A DNA stretch of 38,627 nucleotides from positions 1 through 38,627 of the IMG/VR virus record IMGVR_UViG_3300009597_000030; one strand, written 5' to 3'. The stretch comes from a virus (Duplodnaviria; Caudoviricetes). Position numbers and translations under genes: made by a program. How positions within the stretch are numbered: position 1 is the stretch's first letter; each line of letters begins with the position of its first letter. The notes below the pieces were generated by a model. That model did not search any database and was not told the origin of the DNA. It worked only from the letters and a program-made list of their open reading frames with translations. This document shows positions 18,358-27,492 of this stretch, in pieces.

Positions 18358-18461
18358 AGTGCCGTCCTTTCATTCCATGCGTTTCGTGCTTGGTGACGTG
18401 ATCGCCGCTGTCTCGCCGCGGCGCTGGCGTGTCCCTCTATCGCTCGGGACGGGCGAACTGT
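18358..18461 (-). promoter_or_regulatory. Structured scaffold mRNA leader with three tandem pseudoknot-like units
   Basis: UCGC-cc-GUCCC-ga-GCGA-uaga-GGGAC / CGCC-ag-CGCCGC-GGCG-agaca-GCGGCG / CGU-ca-CCAAGC-ACG-aaac-GCAUGG, followed by the AAGGA RBS. Confidence 0.6.
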
Positions 18462-18701
18462 TTAGCGGCGGCCGGGCTTGGCCGGCTCCGCCTGCATTTT
18501 CGCCAGCGAGCCCTCAAGGGCATCGAGCCGGCGGTAGATGCGCCGCAAATGCCGCGCCAGCGTATCGGGATCGCCATCGGTCGGCGTGGCGGTATCCCCC
18601 GAGGCATCGCGCAGAAGCAGCGCCCCTTCAGTAGTGCCATCCGCACCTACGGCCGTAAAATAGGGCAGGCCGCGGCGGTTAAGCTCAGTTGTCGTAACCA
18701 T
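18462..18701 (-). CDS. Small protein with N-terminal ELNRRGL motif and C-terminal coiled coil (79 aa)
   Basis: Starts MVTTTELNRRGLPYF 2 nt after the upstream stop, with a GAGGG RBS. Confidence 0.7.
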   Translation of the reverse strand: MVTTTELNRRGLPYFTAVGADGTTEGALLLRDASGDTATPTDGDPDTLARHLRRIYRRLDALEGSLAKMQAEPAKPGRR

Positions 18702-18703
18702 TG

Positions 18704-19693
18704 TCAGACCCTCGTAAAGCGCAGGTTGTAGAGATCCTTGATATTGGTGCCGTTGCGCGTGCCGGTGTTCGTCACGTTGTCGGTCAGGCACATGTTGATG
18801 GTCCAGGCGCCAGTGAAGTCGGCACCGGTCATGTCAATGATGCCGGACAGCATCTTCCAGCCAGTAGGCACATCGAAGGTCACTGGCGTGCCGACCCAGG
18901 TTTCGGTGCCGATCGCGCCCGTCGAGGTGTTCCAGTTCACATAGGCTATTGATGTCATGCTCGATGGCAGCATCTTGATCCACTGTGAGCCGCCCTGGTG
19001 CTTGACCGTCCAATGCACCTTGACCTGGCCGCTATGATAGGTCGCCGAGGCAATGGCGATGATGATGCCGCCAGTCGCGGCGTCATTGTTGTCAGCCCAA
19101 CGAACGGCGCTTGTCCCACCGTGCGGATCGGCGGTGTTCGCCACTAGCGCCGCCGACCCAGTGCTGACGTTGATGCCTGTTGTCGCTCCTGTCGTCGCAT
19201 AAGCCGCAAACAGTGTATCGGTGGTGAAGCTGCCGGTGACGACGTTGCTGTTTGATCCGCCTGCCTGATGCGTCATGCAGACCTTGTATGCAGTGACCGC
19301 AGTCAGCCCGCGCACCAGCACCTGCTTAATGCCAGTCGTGATAATGGCCAGATTGCCGCTCGGCGCAGCCGCGCCCGCCGCATCCGTGCCGGCGACAATC
19401 TGCGCTGCAGTCGGCGTAGCCGCCGCAGACGGCACCACCACTGCATAGAGCGTTCCCACTGCCGTATCCGTGGTGGCCTGCCCCCACACGAAAATATCGC
19501 TGAAATCCACTGCGCTGGCCGCTGATAATACCGGAGCTGCACCCGGCGCCATCGAGTTGCCGCTCTCGTCCACCCGCACCTTGTAGGTTAACCCCTGCCG
19601 CTCAAGAGCAGCGCGATCTGCCTGCGTGATGTCCGCATCGACCACCACGAAGTGCGGCAGGCCGCGGCGATTAAGCTCGATCCGGTCCACCAT
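18704..19693 (-). CDS. Putative head spike/fibre: ELNRRGL motif, Fn3-like domain, carbohydrate-binding-like C-terminal domain (329 aa)
   Basis: TGATG-coupled start [35 protein letters not shown]...GLTAVTAYKV is Fn3-like. The C-domain is beta-rich with DPHGGTSA and GWKM. Confidence 0.65.
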   Translation of the reverse strand: MVDRIELNRRGLPHFVVVDADITQADRAALERQGLTYKVRVDESGNSMAPGAAPVLSAASAVDFSDIFVWGQATTDTAVGTLYAVVVPSAAATPTAAQIVAGTDAAGAAAPSGNLAIITTGIKQVLVRGLTAVTAYKVCMTHQAGGSNSNVVTGSFTTDTLFAAYATTGATTGINVSTGSAALVANTADPHGGTSAVRWADNNDAATGGIIIAIASATYHSGQVKVHWTVKHQGGSQWIKMLPSSMTSIAYVNWNTSTGAIGTETWVGTPVTFDVPTGWKMLSGIIDMTGADFTGAWTINMCLTDNVTNTGTRNGTNIKDLYNLRFTRV

Positions 19694-22332
19694 CAGAGCG
19701 ATCCGAAGGCCGAGACGTAATACGCCGTGCCAAAGGTGACCTCGATCCACTGCCCGGTCGCCAGCAGCTTCAACGGCGAAGACACGTAGTCCCAAGTCAC
19801 CGTGCCGTCGACAATGCCGGCGCCCGTGCCTGTCGGCCCCGGCGCCGCACCACTCGTTCCCGCCGTCACCACGACATAGGTATTGAAGCTGTCGTTATTG
19901 CGCCGCGTGCCGAGAGTGTAGGCCGTGGTTGCTGCCCAAGCCGTTGTTGGGGCGCCAATCGCCAGATCGAAGGCGCCGGTTGCCGTCCGCGTGATCTTGT
20001 AACTGAGGCCGACAGTCGCGCCCGTTGTCGAGAGATCCACCGGGCGGCTTGAAATCATGTTGCCGGTGTAGAGCGTGTGATAGGGAGACGTGCCGGGCGT
20101 CAGCGTGAACGCTGATATGGTCGCTATCGTCTGCTGCGAGGCAATGTCACGCAGCGCCTGCCACGTTCCCGGCGTGCCACTGGCAATACAGCGCCAGGCC
20201 CACGGCTCGCCTGCCAGTGGCGCACTGTTCAGCACAATGTCACCGGCCGCCCACTCCCCGGTCGCCGGAACAATGCTGTTGGCCGTCACATGCCGCAGAG
20301 TGGTTTCGGCGTTCCCCAGCCAGAGCCCTTTCGGGAATAATACCTGCCCGCCAGCTAGCGCGCCCGAGCGATTGCCCGTGAGGGTGTTCAGGTTGGTCGT
20401 GAAGCGCACTGACGCCAGCCCGCGCGCGTGCTGGATGCCCCAGCAGCCATCGGTCGTATTGTCCATGACCATGGCCAGGCCGGCAGTGCTGTCGCCATCT
20501 GCGATCCAGGTGACACTCTCGTCAGTCGTGCGGTTGAAATGGGTCACGAAGGGAATATCGCTATCCTTGCGCGACTCTATGCTGAAAGTATCGCCAATAA
20601 AGCCACCCGACTTCATGAAGGTCGCACGGCTGTCGGTGGTGATTGGCGTTGCGCCGATGACTATTCCACCCGTGAAGGAACTCGGTTGCTGCGCTTCGAC
20701 ATAGCAGCCAAGGAAGACAGAACCATTGCTGGCCTGCGGCGACCAGTAGGGATGCCCACGCCGATAACGCTTGGGAGTCGTCGAGGGCGCGACATCGTCA
20801 TAAGGCCAGGGCGGAAAAGTGTCGTCCTGATCCTCTCCTGCGCCGCTCGGGCTGTTCTGGATGAAGTTCCAAACCTCTTCGCTTTCAGCATGACCGGCAG
20901 GCGGTATTTTCGTGTCGACCGGGGCCCAGTAGTCCCAGCGACAGGTGTTATCCACGATATTTGTGCCCGTGCCGGTCGGGCCAGTGGCCGGGCTTGCAGC
21001 CGACGTTGCGACAGCGACGGTCTGTCGATACAGATTGCCGCCATTCGCGGCGTATTGACCGGCAACGTATGTGGTGGAGTTAGCCCATGCCACCGCAAAG
21101 CCGTAAGCGCGCGTGTCGTCGAGCGTAAGGTAGCGGCGGCTTAGACCCCCGCTGATGTAGCTGCACCTGCCATCGACGGCATTGTTGTCGGCATGGTGCC
21201 CGACATGCGTGTTGAAGATCAACGCACTGTCGTAGATGCCTGACAGCCTGTTGCTGACGCAATTCATTGAGATGAAGCTGCAGGCGTTAGTGTCCGGGCC
21301 GTCAATGTAGAGCCCACAGGCACCATTGGTGTAGAGCGTGAGATATGCCGCGTAGACCAGGTTGGCATTGCCGTATATCCACGGCTTGCCGGCCACTATG
21401 CCCCCAGCAGAGGCCACGATGTATAGCCCGTTGCGTGGGAAATTCTGAATGCGGCAATCCTGGATCTTGCACTGGGTGCGCACCCAGATGCCATGCCCGA
21501 CCCAATGGTCCGAGGCATAGCCACTGAATCCGTAGTCGTAGCCATTGGTCACATCGGCCGGGAACGGCACCCCGAGGCTCTTGCTGCTGAGATGCAGATT
21601 GCGGATGGTCGAGCCGTTGGCTCCCTTAGTGCCGGGGACATCCCCGCCCTCGAACGTCGTGAGATAGTTGACCACGATGCCGGTGATGCCAGCCTTGAAC
21701 ACCAGCCTTGTCGAGTAGGCATTCGGCGCACCCTGACCCTGACCCGTGAAGATCATGGTCTTCTTCATTTCGATGGTGCGATCGAAGTAGCAATGGCCGT
21801 AGGGAAAGATCACCTCCGGGCCACCCTCATAGGTCAATGGCGTGCTCTGATGCGGGACGGTGAGGGACGCCATCGCGGCTTCCAGCGCATCGCTGCAGTC
21901 GTAGGTGTTGTTCGGGTCGTTGCGGATGGCGTCGTGCTGGGCGGTCGGGATGAAATCGAGGAGATAAACCTGCTCCTTCATGCGCTCGGTAGCCGACCAT
22001 GTGATGGCGCCTGTGCCGTCCTGCGTGAAATCGCCGGTTCCACCTCCCTCGCCGATGTCTACCCATTCATCGCCGTCCCACATATAGAGGCGGTCGGGAT
22101 CGAACTCCTCGACCACATACACGTCTCCGGGCTCGTTCCCCTCAGTCGGCAAGTCCACGACTTCCGGCACCGAACCCTTGACCGTCAGGCCATGGCCGGG
22201 CTCGCCCTGCGGTCCCGTAGGGCCCGCAGGGCCGGTCGCACCGTCCTCACCGGGCGCGCCAGTCGCGCCCTGTGGCCCTGTGGGCCCAGAAGGCCCTGGC
22301 GGCCCGCTTAGGTTGATGGTCTCAAAGCGCAT
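19693..22332 (-). CDS. Collagen-stalk fibre with pectin-lyase-like beta-helix and two Trp-containing carbohydrate-binding-like modules
   Basis: G-X-Y repeats, KGSV..VVDLP..GD.Y.V..LYMWDG module, [19 protein letters not shown] beta-helix cap, and AWANSTTY / AWAATTAY modules. Confidence 0.82.
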   Translation of the reverse strand: MRFETINLSGPPGPSGPTGPQGATGAPGEDGATGPAGPTGPQGEPGHGLTVKGSVPEVVDLPTEGNEPGDVYVVEEFDPDRLYMWDGDEWVDIGEGGGTGDFTQDGTGAITWSATERMKEQVYLLDFIPTAQHDAIRNDPNNTYDCSDALEAAMASLTVPHQSTPLTYEGGPEVIFPYGHCYFDRTIEMKKTMIFTGQGQGAPNAYSTRLVFKAGITGIVVNYLTTFEGGDVPGTKGANGSTIRNLHLSSKSLGVPFPADVTNGYDYGFSGYASDHWVGHGIWVRTQCKIQDCRIQNFPRNGLYIVASAGGIVAGKPWIYGNANLVYAAYLTLYTNGACGLYIDGPDTNACSFISMNCVSNRLSGIYDSALIFNTHVGHHADNNAVDGRCSYISGGLSRRYLTLDDTRAYGFAVAWANSTTYVAGQYAANGGNLYRQTVAVATSAASPATGPTGTGTNIVDNTCRWDYWAPVDTKIPPAGHAESEEVWNFIQNSPSGAGEDQDDTFPPWPYDDVAPSTTPKRYRRGHPYWSPQASNGSVFLGCYVEAQQPSSFTGGIVIGATPITTDSRATFMKSGGFIGDTFSIESRKDSDIPFVTHFNRTTDESVTWIADGDSTAGLAMVMDNTTDGCWGIQHARGLASVRFTTNLNTLTGNRSGALAGGQVLFPKGLWLGNAETTLRHVTANSIVPATGEWAAGDIVLNSAPLAGEPWAWRCIASGTPGTWQALRDIASQQTIATISAFTLTPGTSPYHTLYTGNMISSRPVDLSTTGATVGLSYKITRTATGAFDLAIGAPTTAWAATTAYTLGTRRNNDSFNTYVVVTAGTSGAAPGPTGTGAGIVDGTVTWDYVSSPLKLLATGQWIEVTFGTAYYVSAFGSL

Positions 22333-22444
22333 GGATCAGGTCTCGATGGGAGCGGTAGCAGGAGAGTTCCACGACGATGCTCTTGACGTAGGCAGGGCCG
22401 GCGTAGACGAGGCCGCGCCGCTGCAGGTCGAGGGTCGTAACCAT
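22322..22444 (-). CDS. 40-aa protein with N-terminal DLQRRGL motif
   Basis: Not in the ORF track. [45 protein letters not shown]-coupled to the upstream fibre gene and overlapping the start of the next. Confidence 0.6.
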   Translation of the reverse strand: MVTTLDLQRRGLVYAGPAYVKSIVVELSCYRSHRDLIHAL

Positions 22445-24900
22445 CAGGTGCAGAACCAGTTCGTGCCGTCGAAAATGGCCATCGTCGATCCTGCCGCTCC
22501 CGAGGCAATGGTTTTCAGTGTCGTCGCCCCCTCCTTGATGGTCAGCGTGAAAGCCTCGGTGCCGGGGCGGTAGATCGGGATCATCTCGCCCGGCTTGGCA
22601 TCACCCGGCAGATTGAACAGCGTCACCGTGGCGTTCGCCGTCAGCACTGCCTTGATGGCAGAGCACTCGCCCGGCTTCACGTCGTTAGAGACACCACTCG
22701 TCACTATCCTGACCGGCGCCGGCCGGCGGTTGCTGGTCCGCGGTGCACAGCAATTGGCGTCGAAGGAAATCGTACGCGTCTTGCCGTTCCGATAGATCAC
22801 GTCGTCGATGTAGACATCGTGCCCGGCGCGCAGTCCGTCACCCGCCGCCGTAGTGTCCGCCGTGACCTTGTGGCTCGGCATGAACGGGCTCGGAGCGCTG
22901 CCGCCGGTATGCAGGAACTCGTTATCCCGCAGCACATAGTCGTAGGAATTGTGCGCCCGGAATTCAGCATCATAGGTCGCGTTCGGCTCCGTGACCGACT
23001 TCAGCCCGAGCTTGTTGAACGTGTTGCCATAGACCAGGAAGCCACGCGCATTGTCGCAATAAAGCCCGCTGTAGTCGCTGATATCGAACTCGTTGTCGAA
23101 AACCCGCGTCCCCTGGCAATTGTCACGGATGGTCAGCGGGATTTTAGCCCGCCCGGTGATGAAGTTACCGCGCACCGTCGAAAGAGACAGGTCATCGAGG
23201 AGGATGCACTCGCCAACCGTCGTAGAGCTTGATCCTGCGTCAATGAAATTGTCCTGAAAATACATGTCCGAGCCGGTGAGCGCCGCGCACGTCACGCAAT
23301 TCTGGAACATGCAGTTCTTGATCATCGTCCCGGTCGAAGTGATGCGGATGCCGAACCGGGCATTCTTGAAGCCGCAGAACATGAACTTCGACCATTGCAG
23401 GTCAAAGGCGTTGCCGTTGTCGAGGATGTCGCGGTTCTGGTTATTCGTGTCGAAAAGGATGCCCGTCACATACACATCCCGCAGCGTTGCCGACTGGCTG
23501 AAGGTGTCCGTGGTCCCGTTGCGGATGCAGGCAGTGTTCTCGGTATCGCTGCCTGAGACGATCCCCTCGCCGATCCAGTTCATGCCGACGACCAGCGGCA
23601 CGGTCGTCGCCAGTCGCAACTGTCCGACCGGGAAATACAGTGGCACGAAGTATCCCGGCACCGCGGTGGCGCAGAACAGGTTGGCGTGCGCCACCGCGGT
23701 GTCGTTCGTCGCCTCGTTCCCCGCCGCGGCGAGGATCACCGCCCCGAACATCGTGATGTAGACACGCTGCTCGATGTCGAGCTTCCACCAGCCGCCGTCC
23801 GCCGACTGGAAGAAGCCATTGTTTCCGGCCAATGCGCCGCCTGGCGCGCTGGAGCGGCGGTAAATCGCGCCGCCCACGCCCAGCGTATGATATCCGCCCG
23901 TCGTGATCGTCTTGACGCTGGCCGGGATGCTCGTGCCCGCCGCTATGGCGACAGTCTCGAAGGCCGAGGCATCGCCGGCCGGTCCGGCCGGTCCAGTTGC
24001 GCCAATTGGCCCCGGCGGCCCTTCAAGGCTCGCAAGCCATTGCGCCTCAGTCCCGACAAAGCCGTTGAAGACTGCTATTTCGTAAGCCGATGCGCCGTCT
24101 TCGCCGTCTGCACCGTTCGTGCCAGCAGGGCCTGCCGGGCCAGTTGCGCCTGTCGGCCCCTGGATCTGCCCGACGTCGTCAAACGACGTGCCGTTCCAGA
24201 CATGCAGGTGCGCCGGAGCGGGCGACTGCACAATCCAGCCATCGCCGACCGCGTGCGGGCCAGGCAGCGCATTCAGTGCCGCGACGTCCGCGACAGAGCC
24301 CTTGAAGTCAACGCTGGTGCCATCTGCCCCCGGAGGCCCCTGCGGGCCTGTCGCCCCGTCTGTCCCGTCTGTCCCATCCGCGCCCGGGGCGCCAGGCGCC
24401 CCATCCACGCCGTCCGTTCCGTCTGTACCGTCAACGCCGGCAACGCCTTGAATGCCCTGCGGGCCAGCCGGTCCCTGGAATTGCCCGAAATCCTCCCAGC
24501 TATCGCCGTCCCAGACCCACAAATGTCCAGGCGCAGGCGAGTTCACGAGATAGCTATCGCCAAGCACGTTGGTGCCGGGCGGACTATCGGGCGGTAAATC
24601 CCCGACGACCGCCACCGTACCCTTGAGCGATAGTCCTACAGGTCCCGGAGGACCCTGCTCGCCCTGCGGGCCCTGTGCGCCGTCAGTGCCGGCCTCCCCC
24701 TGAATGCCCTGGATGCCACGCGGGCCCTGCAGCCCCTGGATGCCCTGCTCGCCCTGTGGCCCCTGCGGCCCCTGCGGACCCATCGGGCCCTGCGGTCCCT
24801 GTGGGCCGGGAGGGCCCTGCGTGCCTGATGTCATGACTATCGGTGCCTCCCAACTGTCCTGATAGTCCCACGGCCCCGCACCATCCTGCGGCAGGCCCAT
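22444..24900 (-). CDS. Collagen-stalk fibre with right-handed beta-helix (putative depolymerase)
   Basis: TGATG-coupled to the portal. Long GPQ repeats, two KG[TS]V..W[DN]G modules, SAYEIAV.NGF, GGY..GVGGAIY, ITMFGA..NDTA cap and N/F ladder repeats. Confidence 0.85.
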   Translation of the reverse strand: MGLPQDGAGPWDYQDSWEAPIVMTSGTQGPPGPQGPQGPMGPQGPQGPQGEQGIQGLQGPRGIQGIQGEAGTDGAQGPQGEQGPPGPVGLSLKGTVAVVGDLPPDSPPGTNVLGDSYLVNSPAPGHLWVWDGDSWEDFGQFQGPAGPQGIQGVAGVDGTDGTDGVDGAPGAPGADGTDGTDGATGPQGPPGADGTSVDFKGSVADVAALNALPGPHAVGDGWIVQSPAPAHLHVWNGTSFDDVGQIQGPTGATGPAGPAGTNGADGEDGASAYEIAVFNGFVGTEAQWLASLEGPPGPIGATGPAGPAGDASAFETVAIAAGTSIPASVKTITTGGYHTLGVGGAIYRRSSAPGGALAGNNGFFQSADGGWWKLDIEQRVYITMFGAVILAAAGNEATNDTAVAHANLFCATAVPGYFVPLYFPVGQLRLATTVPLVVGMNWIGEGIVSGSDTENTACIRNGTTDTFSQSATLRDVYVTGILFDTNNQNRDILDNGNAFDLQWSKFMFCGFKNARFGIRITSTGTMIKNCMFQNCVTCAALTGSDMYFQDNFIDAGSSSTTVGECILLDDLSLSTVRGNFITGRAKIPLTIRDNCQGTRVFDNEFDISDYSGLYCDNARGFLVYGNTFNKLGLKSVTEPNATYDAEFRAHNSYDYVLRDNEFLHTGGSAPSPFMPSHKVTADTTAAGDGLRAGHDVYIDDVIYRNGKTRTISFDANCCAPRTSNRRPAPVRIVTSGVSNDVKPGECSAIKAVLTANATVTLFNLPGDAKPGEMIPIYRPGTEAFTLTIKEGATTLKTIASGAAGSTMAIFDGTNWFCT

Positions 24901-26846
24901 CACATGCCGCCGTTAGCGGTGCCGCCATTCATGGACCGCGGCCGCTGCGCCGCCTGCTGCTGCCTGGCCCGCATGTCCTCGATCTTCGCCTGCCGGTCGG
25001 CGTCCTTGCCCTGGAACTGGCGGTCGCTGTCCTCACGCCGCTGCCCGAACTCGCGGTCGCCTTGTTCCTGCTCCCGCGCCTGCTGCTCGGGCTTCATGGA
25101 AATATCCGCCCATTTGCTCGCCGCGCTCGCCACCTTGTCGAGGGCGGAGGCCTTGTTCATGCCGGCCTTGCTGCTCTCCACCTCCAGCGCGATCTGCTTC
25201 GCCTGCTCCTGCATCGGGTCGGGCTGCTGCGCCTGCTCCAGCATGCCCTGGATGCGTTTCTTGGTGCTCGCCGGCAGGCCGGACATCTCAATGACGATAG
25301 GTGGCGGCACCGGCACGCCAGCCGACGCCAGGCTCTGCAGCAGTTCGAACGTGTCCTGCATGGTGGTGATGCTGTCGGGCGCCTCGTCGAGGATGATGTC
25401 GACGTCCAGTGCGCCTATTTGATTGGCGATCACCGGCTGGCCCATCTCGTCGATCTGCAGTTCGTTGATCTTGACGAACCGCGCCGCCTCTTCCTGATCC
25501 GTCACCCGGATCCAGCGCTCCGATGTCCAGTGCTTGCGGATATTGCTCCACATGACGCGATAGACGCGCAGCTTCCAGTCGCTCCAGGCGTCAATGAAGG
25601 GGCCGAGTTCCGCCAGGCCGCTCTGCTGCAGAAGGGCGATAGCCCTTCCCGACTTCTCCATGCCCTTCTCGACCAGCGTCGGGCCGTAATTCTCGATTTC
25701 CGACTTCGCCTCGGCCAGCATCTCCATCTGGCCCTGCCACTCGGCCTGCTTGGCGGCGTCCTCGAAAGATAGCCCGCCCTCGATGTTGAACTCCAGCACG
25801 CCATCCGGCCGCGCCGCCTCGGTCCTGAGCCTTTCGATGTTCTCCACCGCGCCCTTGCGCACCAGCAGGCGCCGGGTGTTGAGCTGATGCAGCGCCTTGG
25901 AGCGCCGCATGTTGATCTCGTCCTGCGGGCTCTTCAGATTGCGCACGAAGCCGTAACGGTCGCCGTCGTGGTCGACATAAGCCGAGAAGGCGATGAAGGA
26001 CGAGCCGCTCTTGCCCTTGTCATCGAGGAACGGCGACGGCGCGCTGGCGAGTTTCACGCGGCTGGAATAGTGGCAGACGTGCACTTCGCCGCCCTTGATG
26101 TATTCGTGCTCGACGACGCGCACCCGCTTCTGCTCGACGTCGATCCAGCGGCGCTCGCGGTCCTGCTGCGCCCAGCTCTCGATCTCGCCGCCCGACGTCA
26201 GCAGCCCCTCCAGCTCATCGGCATGTTCAGGGTACATCTCCTGCGCCACTTCCAGGTCGAGCCACTTCGCCACGCCGCGGTAGCGGGCGTCGGAAAAGTC
26301 CGACTTGTAGGAGCGCGGGTCATAGAAGAAGCAGTCGTCGTCGATCACCTCCAGCGTGATCTCGGCGTCCTGCTGATCACCCTGCTCGAGCACCATCTGC
26401 ACGACGCCAAAGCCCTCGCGCCCGGCATTGCGTGTCGCCTCGATGCCGACGCTCTTCCAGCGCGCCCGATCGAGGGCATAGCGCAGCGCCTCGGTGGCGA
26501 TCTCCGCCTCCTGGTCGTGGTCGGGCGTGCGCGGATAGGCTTTAGGGTCTTGCCAAAGTTTCTTTAAAGTCCCTACAACACCATCAATCTTGCGGTTGAC
26601 GCGGTTGAAAGTAATAACTGGTTGTTTTCGCTTCTTGAGAACGGCTATTTCTTCGCTAGACCATTGGTCCGAGTGGTAATAGTGACGGGCTAGCCGTTGT
26701 TCTTCGATTTCAGCGCGTTTGGATGACGACCAGTCACTATATTGTCTTCTAAGCTTAGTTATGCTTTGCTGCTCATCCTCGTCCTCTCCATAGCTTCCGC
26801 CGGCCGTGGCGGTGGGACCAGGCCTGGAATAATCGACAAAAGCCAT
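24900..26846 (-). CDS. Portal protein (P22-like)
   Basis: [10 protein letters not shown]...[47 protein letters not shown] and [10 protein letters not shown]. Probable start MAFVDY at 26846. Confidence 0.92.
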   Translation of the reverse strand: MAFVDYSRPGPTATAGGSYGEDEDEQQSITKLRRQYSDWSSSKRAEIEEQRLARHYYHSDQWSSEEIAVLKKRKQPVITFNRVNRKIDGVVGTLKKLWQDPKAYPRTPDHDQEAEIATEALRYALDRARWKSVGIEATRNAGREGFGVVQMVLEQGDQQDAEITLEVIDDDCFFYDPRSYKSDFSDARYRGVAKWLDLEVAQEMYPEHADELEGLLTSGGEIESWAQQDRERRWIDVEQKRVRVVEHEYIKGGEVHVCHYSSRVKLASAPSPFLDDKGKSGSSFIAFSAYVDHDGDRYGFVRNLKSPQDEINMRRSKALHQLNTRRLLVRKGAVENIERLRTEAARPDGVLEFNIEGGLSFEDAAKQAEWQGQMEMLAEAKSEIENYGPTLVEKGMEKSGRAIALLQQSGLAELGPFIDAWSDWKLRVYRVMWSNIRKHWTSERWIRVTDQEEAARFVKINELQIDEMGQPVIANQIGALDVDIILDEAPDSITTMQDTFELLQSLASAGVPVPPPIVIEMSGLPASTKKRIQGMLEQAQQPDPMQEQAKQIALEVESSKAGMNKASALDKVASAASKWADISMKPEQQAREQEQGDREFGQRREDSDRQFQGKDADRQAKIEDMRARQQQAAQRPRSMNGGTANGGM

Positions 26847-26929
26847 GAGACTTATGCTAAAATGCGGAACGGGCCAGCGTTGAAGCGCCAGCCCGTCCCT
26901 GAACACAGCAACCTTTCGGCGAGGTCGCC

Positions 26930-27421
26930 ATGTCCGCATTGATCTCTATCGTAAATCATCGTTTCGGTCGCCTCATAGTTATCGAGCGCGTTGAACGCCG
27001 TGGCCCGCCAACCCTGTGGAAATGCCGTTGTGATTGCGGACAAGAAGTTGTCGTAAGAGGTGACAGCCTAAAGGCGAGCCATACTCAATCTTGCGGCTGC
27101 ATCAGCCGAGAGAACCCCAATGCGCGCACACATGGGTTCGGGGCAAATCGCACAGGGACATATAATTCTTGGACGACAATGCGCGAACGCTGCATGAACC
27201 CTAACTTTCCCAGATTTAACGACTACGGTGGACGCGGCATCTCGATCTGCGAACGCTGGGATGACTTCACCAAATTCCTAGCCGACATGGGGGAGCGCCC
27301 AGCGGGGTTGACGTTAGATCGAATTAACAATGATCAGGGATATTCTCCCGACAACTGCCGATGGGCTACTCGATCTGAGCAACAGCGGAACAAGAGACCC
27401 TTCTCACGCTCTTCGTTCTAG
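26930..27421 (+). CDS. Free-standing HNH homing endonuclease (antisense insertion)
   Basis: FGRL.V, WKCRCDCG, SCGC, Y.SW..M..RC, YGGRGI.IC.RW and TLDRINND.GYSPDNCRWAT..EQ.RN. Confidence 0.9.
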   Translation: MSALISIVNHRFGRLIVIERVERRGPPTLWKCRCDCGQEVVVRGDSLKASHTQSCGCISRENPNARTHGFGANRTGTYNSWTTMRERCMNPNFPRFNDYGGRGISICERWDDFTKFLADMGERPAGLTLDRINNDQGYSPDNCRWATRSEQQRNKRPFSRSSF

Positions 27422-27422
27422 C

Positions 27423-27490
27423 GGCCGGGTGGCGGAGTGCGCTCACCACCCGGCCTACAGGCTCAGGCAGAAGGACCCGGACCCGAGCCT
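27423..27490. terminator. Two adjacent hairpins between the convergent HNH and ART-like genes
   Basis: GGCCGGGTGG (27423-32) / CCACCCGGCC (27446-55) and AGGCTCAGG (27459-67) / CCCGAGCCT (27482-90). No clear U-tract. Confidence 0.45.
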
Positions 27491-27492
27491 AT

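Noticed and set aside
22322-22444. Programmed frameshift fusing the 40-aa ORF to the downstream fibre
   Set aside because: There is no slippery heptamer, and the fibre's frame has a TGA 3 nt upstream of its ATG.
24660-24820. Short tandem DNA repeats as a CRISPR array or VNTR
   Set aside because: They are GPQ collagen-coding repeats with no repeat-spacer structure.
4048-24900. Diversity-generating retroelement or invertible fibre switch
   Set aside because: No reverse transcriptase, no adenine-variant TR/VR pair, no invertase and no inverted cassette are seen in the window.
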